Positions 49,196-56,655 of a stretch of DNA of 64,000 nt are shown here, piece after piece. The DNA is taken from contig CALXKN010000008.1 of assembly GCA_944388995.1 (NCBI GenBank), positions 17,160-81,159 on the forward strand. Reading direction: 5' to 3'. Each line of letters opens with the position of its first letter. Position 1 is the stretch's first letter. Both the position numbers and the translations under genes were made by a program. Source of the DNA: an uncultured Spirochaetota bacterium (GTDB lineage: Bacteria; Spirochaetota; Spirochaetia; JAFGXN01). The notes beneath the pieces were generated by a model that was not told the DNA's origin, searched no databases, and saw only the letters and a program-made list of their open reading frames with translations.

Positions 49196-50356
49196 ATGAA
49201 ACAGAAAATTGTTTATATTGCCGGCTTTCGTCAGCATGCCGGAAAAACAACCACCTCGCTCGGCATGATCCATTCGTTGAGCCGAATTTTCGATCCCGAC
49301 GACATCGGCTACATTAAACCGGTCGGTCAAGAAACCGTCGAAATCGAGGATGGAAAAAAAATCGATAAAGACGCGGCTGTCATCAAAAAATTCTGTCTGC
49401 CCAATCTCGACCTACGCTATGTTTCTCCTGTTCAAATTGCTTCCGGCGTCACGAAACAGTATTTGACTTCAAAGCATAAATCGCATTTGACAAAAGAGTA
49501 TGCGCAGAAAATTGCCGACTCCGTCGAAAAAATGAAAGATAAAAAAATCATTATCGCTGAAGGAACCGGACACCCCGGCGTCGGCAGCCTCATCGGATTA
49601 TCGAATGCCGACGTCAGCAAAATGCTGAAAGCGCCGGTTTTGTATTTAGCAGGCGGCGGCTTGGGTAAAAGCCTCGATATGCTTTCGCCCGATTTGAGTT
49701 ACTTCACCGTCAACGGCGCCGATTTCCGCGGTGTGATTTTCAATAAACTTTTTCCGCAAAAATTGGATGAGATGAAAGGATACCTCTCCGAAAAAAATAT
49801 CAACGACATTTACCGCCGCCGTCGCTCACTGTCGGTGCTCGGCTATTTTCCCGAAGACGATATTTTGAATCAGCCGTCAATGGCGCTGTTGGTCCGCAAA
49901 TTTCCCAATGCGTATTTAACGGAAATTGTCAGTGAAAAACAGTGGGAGAAGCCGTCGCGTTCGGTAAAAATCATCACTCTTCCTCATCAAATTTTCGAAC
50001 CGGAAGAGTATCTTCATGCCGGAGATATTGTTCTTCTGAATGCGGCTTCGACAAGAAGGTTAAAGAAGATTTTGGAATTCAACAGTGTTCTTGAAGATAA
50101 ACTCGGCGGCATCATCCTCTCTTGCAGTGACAAACAGCCTCGGGAGGTTTTAGAGGAAAAAGCAAAGCTGCTTGAAAAACAGAATCTGCCGTTCTTTTTC
50201 GTTCCGCTGACAACAAGTGAAATTGAGACAACAGTCAGAAAAGCCGCTGAAAATACAAAATTGCAAATCTACGACGATGATAAAATCGCCAAAGTCAAAG
50301 CCATGTTCGATCACTATTTTGACTTGGAAAAATTTCGGAGAATTTATAAAATATGA
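49196..50356 (+). CDS. BioD-like P-loop (AAA_26) plus DRTGG-domain protein, i.e. phosphotransacetylase N-terminal-like domains without the PTA catalytic domain
   Basis: P-loop GFRQHAGKTTTSLG; C-terminal DRTGG-like GDIVLLNAAST..GGIILSC..PFFFVPLTTSE. Confidence 0.5.
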   Translation: MKQKIVYIAGFRQHAGKTTTSLGMIHSLSRIFDPDDIGYIKPVGQETVEIEDGKKIDKDAAVIKKFCLPNLDLRYVSPVQIASGVTKQYLTSKHKSHLTKEYAQKIADSVEKMKDKKIIIAEGTGHPGVGSLIGLSNADVSKMLKAPVLYLAGGGLGKSLDMLSPDLSYFTVNGADFRGVIFNKLFPQKLDEMKGYLSEKNINDIYRRRRSLSVLGYFPEDDILNQPSMALLVRKFPNAYLTEIVSEKQWEKPSRSVKIITLPHQIFEPEEYLHAGDIVLLNAASTRRLKKILEFNSVLEDKLGGIILSCSDKQPREVLEEKAKLLEKQNLPFFFVPLTTSEIETTVRKAAENTKLQIYDDDKIAKVKAMFDHYFDLEKFRRIYKI

Positions 50357-51177
50357 AAAATCCCAATGAAGACTTTAAACGCATTACGGTTGACCAAAAT
50401 CTCTTCGACACCATTCGCCGAAAAAACGCCTTTATCTGCGATATGGATGGTGTTCTGTATCACGGCAATCGCCTGATTCCCGGCGCCAAAGATTTTATCG
50501 AGTGGCTGAAACGGGAAAAGAAAAAATTCCTGTTTCTCACCAACAGCTCCGAACGATCACCGCAGGAGTTGGCTGACAAACTGCACCGGTTGGGAATTGA
50601 TGTTGATAAGGAGCATTTTTATACCAGTGCTCTGGCGACAGCCGAATTTCTGGCGTCCCAAAAACCGGGCGGCAGTGCCTATATTATCGGGGAAGCAGGA
50701 CTGATTAATGCTCTTTACAATGTCGGATATACAATCAATGATGTCAATCCCGATTATGTGGTAGTCGGAGAGGCCCGAACCTACAATTTGGAGGTACTGA
50801 CTCATTCCGTCAATCTGGTTCGACGCGGCGCACGGCTGGTCGGCACCAACCCCGATATTACGGGACCGGTTGAGAAAGGAATTATGCCGGCGACGGGAGC
50901 GCTGGTCAAACCGATCGAGCTGGCAACGGGGAAAAAATGCTACTTTGTCGGAAAACCGAATCCGCTGATGATGCGCACCGCTTTGAAAAAATTGGGGTGT
51001 GTGCGGGAAGAAACGGCGATTATCGGCGACCGGATGGATACCGATATCCTCGCCGGCGTCGAAACCGAAATGGATACCGTTCTCGTCTTATCCGGCGTCA
51101 CATCGCCCGAAGAAATCGACACCTATGCTTACAGGCCGAAAATTGTTATCAATGATGTCGGGGATTTTGCCCGGTAA
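50353..51177 (+). CDS. HAD-IIA family hydrolase (NagD-like sugar phosphatase)
   Basis: DxDG motif I (ICDMDGVLY), LTNSS, GKPN and GDRMDTD motifs. Confidence 0.85.
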   Translation: MKNPNEDFKRITVDQNLFDTIRRKNAFICDMDGVLYHGNRLIPGAKDFIEWLKREKKKFLFLTNSSERSPQELADKLHRLGIDVDKEHFYTSALATAEFLASQKPGGSAYIIGEAGLINALYNVGYTINDVNPDYVVVGEARTYNLEVLTHSVNLVRRGARLVGTNPDITGPVEKGIMPATGALVKPIELATGKKCYFVGKPNPLMMRTALKKLGCVREETAIIGDRMDTDILAGVETEMDTVLVLSGVTSPEEIDTYAYRPKIVINDVGDFAR

Positions 51178-51333
51178 CAGATAACCGGGTTATATCCGAA
51201 AAAAGAGAAAAAAACGGACGAAATATGAACGTCCGCTTTTTTTATATTGACAGAAAAATGAACATAAATTATATTTGTAGTGAGTGTATCACTCATTTTA
51301 AAACATTTTTTATGAGAGGAAGAGGTGGAGTTT

Positions 51334-53007
51334 ATGGGAAGTTTTTCTGTTCGGAAACGGAAACAGTTCGTTTGTTTTTCTGTATTAAAAGCGTTGACAG
51401 CAGCAGCCGTCTTAACGGTCATGTCGTGCGGCGGAGCCGTAGCTGTCGAAAATGTCAAAGTCACGCCGACGGCACTGTCGCTGGGCATCGGCGAAACGGC
51501 GGTTTTAAAAGCGGAAGTGGAACCGGCAGACGCCTCCGTGAACGCGGTGCTTTGGAGCGTTACGCAAGGAACGGCCGTCACGGTGGACGGATACGGCAAG
51601 GTCACGGCAATGACAGCCGGTACGGCAACCGTCACAGCGGAAACGGTCGACGGCGGTAAAACGGCTTCGTGTACGGTGACGGTCGGCAGTATCAGCGACG
51701 GAACAGGCGGAACAGACGGAACAGGAGAAACAGGCGGAACGGTGGCCGTTGAATCCGTTACGCTTGACCGTTCGTCGGTGACGCTGGGAGTCGGCAACTC
51801 GGTCACGCTGCAGGCAACGGTCGAACCGGCGGAAGCAGCCGCCACGGTGGTCTGGAGTCTGGCTTCCGGTGACGGCATTGTGACGGTCGACCAGAAAGGA
51901 CGTATTACGGCAAAAGCGATCGGTGCGGCAACTGTGGCTGTCGAAGCCGGCGGTGAAACGGCCACCTGTCTGGTTACGGTCATTCGGGAAGGTGTCATTG
52001 CCGATTTGGCTTTTATTGACGCGGTTGAAAGAGATATGCAATCAACTTGGGGCCTTAACGACGGTTGGGTTAAAGAAATTGACGGAACCGTACGGATGAA
52101 TTGGCGAAATATGAAAATCGTTAAAGAGGTTACAGAATTGTACTTGAGTAATGAAAATCTTTCTTCTTTGGACGGAATCGAATATTTTACCGGTTTGGAA
52201 TTGTTATCCTGCAGCAATAACCGGCTGACAGCATTGGATGTCGGAAATTTGCACAATTTAAAAACATTGTATTGCGGTAACAATCAGATAGAAACAGGGA
52301 AGCTGATTTTACCGCCGCAGCTTACCTATTTGAGCTGCTCTGATAACCGGTTGGAACAACTGGATGAAACGGTATTACCGGCCGGTCTGACGGAATTGTA
52401 TTGCCAAAATAATCCGCTGACAAAATTGGAAGTGGGAACGCTTACGAAACTGACAAAATTGGACTGTGCCGGAGGACAATTAACACGATTATCGGTAAAC
52501 GGATTAACCGAATTGACCTATCTGGCCTGCGGTTTTAACAATCTTTCTCATCTGGATATAGCAATGGGTAGAGAAGAAATCAATTCAAATCTGGAAACAT
52601 TGTACTGTCAGTATAATAATTTGGCTTATATAAACGTATATGAAATAAAGACATTGAAAGTTCTTGTCTGTGACAATAATAAAATCAGCAGTTTGAACCT
52701 ACCGTACTCGACTTCCACAGAGCAAAGTCCGTTGTACTATCTGACATGTTCCGGAAATAATATAAGCCGGCTGGATGTGGCAAAGTACATAAAGCTCAAC
52801 GCTCTGGATTGCGAAAAAAATGAAATAACCGAATTAAATATTACTAAGCTGACCGGTTTAACATCAACATCTTTTTTCCGCTGCGGAGGGCAGAGAAATG
52901 AAAGCAATCAAATGGTTTTACATCTGACAAGTGATCAGAATACTTTATGGACAAAGAATTGGAAAAAATATAACAACGGTGTCGAAACCCGAATCGCAGA
53001 GCCGTAA
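51334..53007 (+). CDS. Surface lipoprotein with two Big_2 (bacterial Ig-like) domains followed by leucine-rich repeats
   Basis: Lipobox VMSCGG. Two Big_2 units (VTPTALSLGIGETAVLKAEVEPADASVNAVLWSV..GKVTAMTAGTATVTA). Ten or more LRRs (LxxLxCxNNxLTxLDV). Confidence 0.8.
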   Translation: MGSFSVRKRKQFVCFSVLKALTAAAVLTVMSCGGAVAVENVKVTPTALSLGIGETAVLKAEVEPADASVNAVLWSVTQGTAVTVDGYGKVTAMTAGTATVTAETVDGGKTASCTVTVGSISDGTGGTDGTGETGGTVAVESVTLDRSSVTLGVGNSVTLQATVEPAEAAATVVWSLASGDGIVTVDQKGRITAKAIGAATVAVEAGGETATCLVTVIREGVIADLAFIDAVERDMQSTWGLNDGWVKEIDGTVRMNWRNMKIVKEVTELYLSNENLSSLDGIEYFTGLELLSCSNNRLTALDVGNLHNLKTLYCGNNQIETGKLILPPQLTYLSCSDNRLEQLDETVLPAGLTELYCQNNPLTKLEVGTLTKLTKLDCAGGQLTRLSVNGLTELTYLACGFNNLSHLDIAMGREEINSNLETLYCQYNNLAYINVYEIKTLKVLVCDNNKISSLNLPYSTSTEQSPLYYLTCSGNNISRLDVAKYIKLNALDCEKNEITELNITKLTGLTSTSFFRCGGQRNESNQMVLHLTSDQNTLWTKNWKKYNNGVETRIAEP

Positions 53008-53042
53008 TCCGCACCGGACTTATTGATTCAACAGATAAAACG

Positions 53043-53070
53043 AAAACGGCCCGGATTCGGGCCGTTTTCG
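53043..53070. terminator. Bidirectional terminator between convergent genes
   Basis: aaaacggcccggattcgggccgttttcg hairpin. Confidence 0.65.
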
Positions 53071-53403
53071 ATAAGGAATATTGTGCGGAAAGCGGATCAT
53101 AAAGAGAGAAAACACTCATTATAAATGAGATAAAAATTCAATTTAAACAAGGACAAAAAAGAAATCCGTTCGGGCATTCCGAATACTTTAATGAGTACAT
53201 TAATCATTTAAAATGAGTAAACCGGCCGTCTTCCGGGTTGCGCCGGAAAAATGTCTGTTTGTCCTTGGCAGAAATCACTGCCGTCGGAAAGAATCGCCGA
53301 CAGGTTAAACTGTCGACGGTCTGATTCGGTCGGCATGGTTTTACAGCGGCTTTTCAAACCGATCGAGGCGGCGCCATTCTGCCTGAGCACTCATAAATGA
53401 TTC

Positions 53404-55218
53404 CTATTCTTTTTTTTCGAAAACGTATCTGATGTCAAAACTGTCGAGAGCATCAAATGTCACATTTTCCCATTTATTGCGAACGGCCAAAAACGCATAC
53501 GGCCGCACCAGATAAACCAGCGGCACCTCTTCCCAAATGATTGACTGGTAACGGTCCCACAACGCTTTCGCCTTTTCGGCATCCGCGGTGTAGGAGGCTT
53601 CCGTATACAGACGGTCGATTTCGGCTTCCCATTCGGTTGCCGGCGTTTTCTGATTTGGATACCACATATGGAGGTTGCCGCCGCTCGGCCACACGTTGAC
53701 GCCCTGGCTCGGAAACAGGTTGCTGCCGGAAAGCGCAATCGACAACGACTGCCAATCGAACGAGTAGAGGAGGGAGTCTACCATTTTCGCAAAATCGACC
53801 GTGCGGATTTCCATCGCAATTCCCTGTTTTTTCAAATCATCGGCATAAATGTTGGCAATGTCCGACAGCTGCGGATTGTCAGCGGAAATCCAAAAGTCAA
53901 ACGCGACGGCGTTGCCCTCTTTATCGCGTAAAACGCCGGCAGAGTCCTTCTCCATTCCGATAGACGTCAACAGCGCGGCCGCTTTTTCCGGATTGTAAAA
54001 ATAGTTGAAAACAAGACTCTCCTCAAACACCGGCGAGGCTTCATGAAAAAAGTGGGTGACCGGTTTCGCTAAACCACGGTAAACATTGCGGATGATTTTT
54101 TCCCGATCCAGAAGGCAGCTCATTGCCTGCCGGAACTCTTTCTGTGAAAACCAATTATAATACTTGCGAGGCAGCGCACTGCGGTTAGGGTTTTGATTCC
54201 ACGTGATAAAAGCCGCTGTCGGAGCCGGACCGCCGTTAATCACCTCGTAACCGCCTTTTTCCTGTTCGGACAGCACGGAATCCAAATCGGCAGGCATCAC
54301 CGACAGCGTTTCCAGTTCGCCGTTTTTGAAAAGCAGCAGCTGCGTTGAAGGATTGGAAACGAACGAAAAACGCACCGTATCAAGGTAGGGCAGCCGCTGA
54401 CCGACGCTGTCTTCCAAAAAATAGTGCGGGTTGCGCCGCAGCTCCAAAACCAGTCCGGGCGTGTAACGGCTGATGTAAAACGGTCCGGCAGTCGGAACGG
54501 TGCTCGGATCGGTATTAATGGTAATAAAATCAATGACACGTTGAGAGCCGCCTTCCTTCTTTGCCGCCTCATAAAGAAACCGCGGCCCGATTTGCAGATT
54601 CGCCGCCAACAAAGGATCGGCGACAATTCGCGGAAAAGTCAGCCGAAACGACGAATCGGTCAGCTTCTCCGCGGTAATTTCGCCGCGGCTCCCGTCCGGC
54701 ATCGGCACAAACATCCCCGAATATTCAGCCATATTCAAAGCCGGATCTTTGATGATTTCCTCAATCCAAAAAACAGCGTCGTCGGCATTGAATGCGATTG
54801 TTTCGCCTGTCTTCGGCACAAACCAACACAAACCCGACTTAAATGTGAAATCAACCTCGGTGACCTGACGCTGCTCATCAACACGGACTTCAAAATCGGC
54901 AATGTGCCCCGACCATTTTTTTTCATAAACATCATATTCCAACAAATACGGACAAAGGTAACTCATCACAGCGCTCGTTGGTAAATCATTGATACGCGTC
55001 AAATTGAATGTCGACGGGTCCGACTCCATCGCCTCGTTCCAAACCCCACCGTAACGTCCGATTTTCCGCTCTCCGCCGCCCGGCCGAACCGTCATCTGCG
55101 ACAGAAAGCCGTTTTGGGCTTCCGCCCGCAAAGCCGCCGCCTCCTGCGTCGACACTTCCTTTTTCGGACCGCATGAAACTGCAGCCGCCGCCAAAACCGC
55201 CAAAAAAAAGCCCTTCAT
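53404..55218 (-). CDS. ABC transporter substrate-binding lipoprotein, family 5 (OppA/DppA-like peptide or nickel binding)
   Basis: Lipobox AAVSCG. Size of about 600 aa and SBP_bac_5-like sequence. Confidence 0.7.
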   Translation of the reverse strand: MKGFFLAVLAAAAVSCGPKKEVSTQEAAALRAEAQNGFLSQMTVRPGGGERKIGRYGGVWNEAMESDPSTFNLTRINDLPTSAVMSYLCPYLLEYDVYEKKWSGHIADFEVRVDEQRQVTEVDFTFKSGLCWFVPKTGETIAFNADDAVFWIEEIIKDPALNMAEYSGMFVPMPDGSRGEITAEKLTDSSFRLTFPRIVADPLLAANLQIGPRFLYEAAKKEGGSQRVIDFITINTDPSTVPTAGPFYISRYTPGLVLELRRNPHYFLEDSVGQRLPYLDTVRFSFVSNPSTQLLLFKNGELETLSVMPADLDSVLSEQEKGGYEVINGGPAPTAAFITWNQNPNRSALPRKYYNWFSQKEFRQAMSCLLDREKIIRNVYRGLAKPVTHFFHEASPVFEESLVFNYFYNPEKAAALLTSIGMEKDSAGVLRDKEGNAVAFDFWISADNPQLSDIANIYADDLKKQGIAMEIRTVDFAKMVDSLLYSFDWQSLSIALSGSNLFPSQGVNVWPSGGNLHMWYPNQKTPATEWEAEIDRLYTEASYTADAEKAKALWDRYQSIIWEEVPLVYLVRPYAFLAVRNKWENVTFDALDSFDIRYVFEKKE

Positions 55219-55224
55219 GCCGCC

Positions 55225-55253
55225 ATAGTAAAAGAAAGCCGCCGTCCTGTCAA
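55225..55253 (-). promoter_or_regulatory. Promoter for the oppA-like gene (TTGACA-17nt-TACTAT), with the -10 box 6 nt from the ATG (leaderless candidate)
   Basis: Minus-strand sequence reads ttgacaggacggcggctttcttttactatggcggcATG, immediately abutting repeat copy A. Confidence 0.45.
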
Positions 55254-55254
55254 C

Positions 55255-55421
55255 CTTTTCGTTTTTTGGGCGCGCGCCCCTGCGGGGCGCCGGGCTTTCC
55301 GCTGCAATTCGCAGCCTCCCTGCGCCTTCACCGCGGCAAAGCTGCCGCTTTGCCCTGCGCCTTCTCTCCGTCGGCAGCTCATTTCCGCTTCAATCCCTCG
55401 CGCCTTCGGCAAGGTGCTGCG
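55255..55421. repeat. GC-rich 166/167-bp structured repeat, copy A
   Basis: About 99% identical to 56426..56591 (a single 2-bp indel). Contains a GGGCGCGCGCCC palindrome and hairpins gctgc-aattc-gcagc and ggcaaagc-tgcc-gctttgcc. About 68% GC in a genome of about 50% GC. Confidence 0.9.
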
Positions 55422-55616
55422 GAAATCGGCATTTTATTGTTTTAGTGTAAAAATGGGAACTTCCGAAAACAGTCAACCGTTTTTCGGAAAAATAACTGCC
55501 CTAAACGTATTTTTGTGTTATAATAACTCCAATAAAAATTTCGTATGGCAAACACAGCAAAAGCAAAACCCGAAAAAAACGCCGATTAAAACCGGAGCGG
55601 AAGATTCGGGAGAAAC

Positions 55617-55922
55617 TTGGAGCGATCGGGTATGAGCTGTAATCTTCCTGAAAGCGTGGTTTTCGATATTGAACGATTCGCAAAGAAAAACAAGATTAAA
55701 AAGGTCGTTCTGTTTGGCTCCCGCGCGAGGGGCAATCATTCGGAACGAAGCGACATTGATTTGGCGGTCAGCGGTGGAAACGCGGCGGATTTTTATTACG
55801 ACGTCAATGAAGAAGCGCGGACTCTTTTAATTTTTGATGTGGTCAATCTGGACGGACCGGTCAGCGGCGAACTGCGCGCCGAAATAGAAAAGGACGGAGT
55901 TTTACTCTATGAAGAAATTTGA
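55617..55922 (+). CDS. Minimal nucleotidyltransferase (MNT), MntA-like antitoxin of a type VII TA pair
   Basis: GS-x9-DxD nucleotidyltransferase motif (LFGSRARGNHSERSDIDLAV). Overlaps the downstream HEPN gene by 14 nt. Confidence 0.8.
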   Translation: MERSGMSCNLPESVVFDIERFAKKNKIKKVVLFGSRARGNHSERSDIDLAVSGGNAADFYYDVNEEARTLLIFDVVNLDGPVSGELRAEIEKDGVLLYEEI

Positions 55923-56304
55923 CAATTTTTGCAAAGCGCTTTCGAATTTGCGGGAAGGATTGCAGCTTGAAGAACCGTATTCTGTCGTCGAACGGACGGG
56001 CATCATCGGGCTGTTTGAAATTTGCTTTGAGCAGGCATGGAAGCTGATGAAAGCGGTTTTGGAAGAGCACGGCAGGACAATCGACCGCGTCGGTTCCCCG
56101 AAAGTTGTCATTCAGCTTGCATATCAGAGCGGGATGATTGACGACAGCGAAAAATGGCTTTCCCTGCTCAGAGATCGAAATATCCTTGCTCACACCTACA
56201 GCGACGAAGATTCGCTTGCCGTGATTCGAACGTTAAAGACGGACTACGAGCCCTTGTTCGCCACCCTCAAAGAAGAGATTGAAACGCGCCGGCTTTCGGC
56301 GTAA
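55909..56304 (+). CDS. HEPN-domain protein, HepT-like toxin
   Basis: HEPN Rx4-6H motif RNILAH in the C-terminal helix. Size and pairing are typical of HepT/MntA pairs. Confidence 0.75.
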   Translation: MKKFDNFCKALSNLREGLQLEEPYSVVERTGIIGLFEICFEQAWKLMKAVLEEHGRTIDRVGSPKVVIQLAYQSGMIDDSEKWLSLLRDRNILAHTYSDEDSLAVIRTLKTDYEPLFATLKEEIETRRLSA

Positions 56305-56425
56305 AGCGGAGGCGCGAAACAACTGAGTCCGGTATGAAAGTAGAAGAAATGGGAGCGAAAACTCTTTCAATCGCCACTGATTCTGCCAGCATCTTTACAT
56401 TTGGCTCCGCCCCCCCTCGCTGAAT

Positions 56426-56591
56426 CTTTTCGTTTTTTGGGCGCGCGCCCCTGCGGGGCGCCGGGCTTTCCGCTGCAATTCGCAGCCTCCCGCGCCTTCA
56501 CCGCGGCAAAGCTGCCGCTTTGCCCTGCGCCTTCTCTCCGTCGGCAGCTCATTTCCGCTTCAATCCCTCGCGCCTTCGGCAAGGTGCTGCG
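56426..56591. repeat. GC-rich 166-bp structured repeat, copy B
   Basis: Direct repeat of 55255..55421, located between the convergent HEPN gene and the 961-aa gene. Confidence 0.9.
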
Positions 56592-56655
56592 AAAGAGGCG
56601 TCTGAAAACTATAAATATGAGAACAATCTCATTTAAACCTCATCCATTTTTATCT

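Noticed and set aside
51129-52283. 384-aa minus-strand ORF (with a nested 178-aa ORF at 51505..52041) rich in T/V/S/A
   Set aside because: It is entirely antisense to the well-supported Big_2/LRR lipoprotein gene. Its composition mirrors the GTx-rich codons of that gene, and it has no domain or start context.
55215-55412. 65-aa and 71-aa minus-strand ORFs (the second at 56367..56582) sharing the N-terminus MPKARGIEAEMSCRRREGAGQSGSFAAVKA
   Set aside because: They lie wholly inside the two copies of the 166-bp GC-rich repeat and diverge as soon as the repeat ends. They are read-through of a structured repeat, not a duplicated gene.
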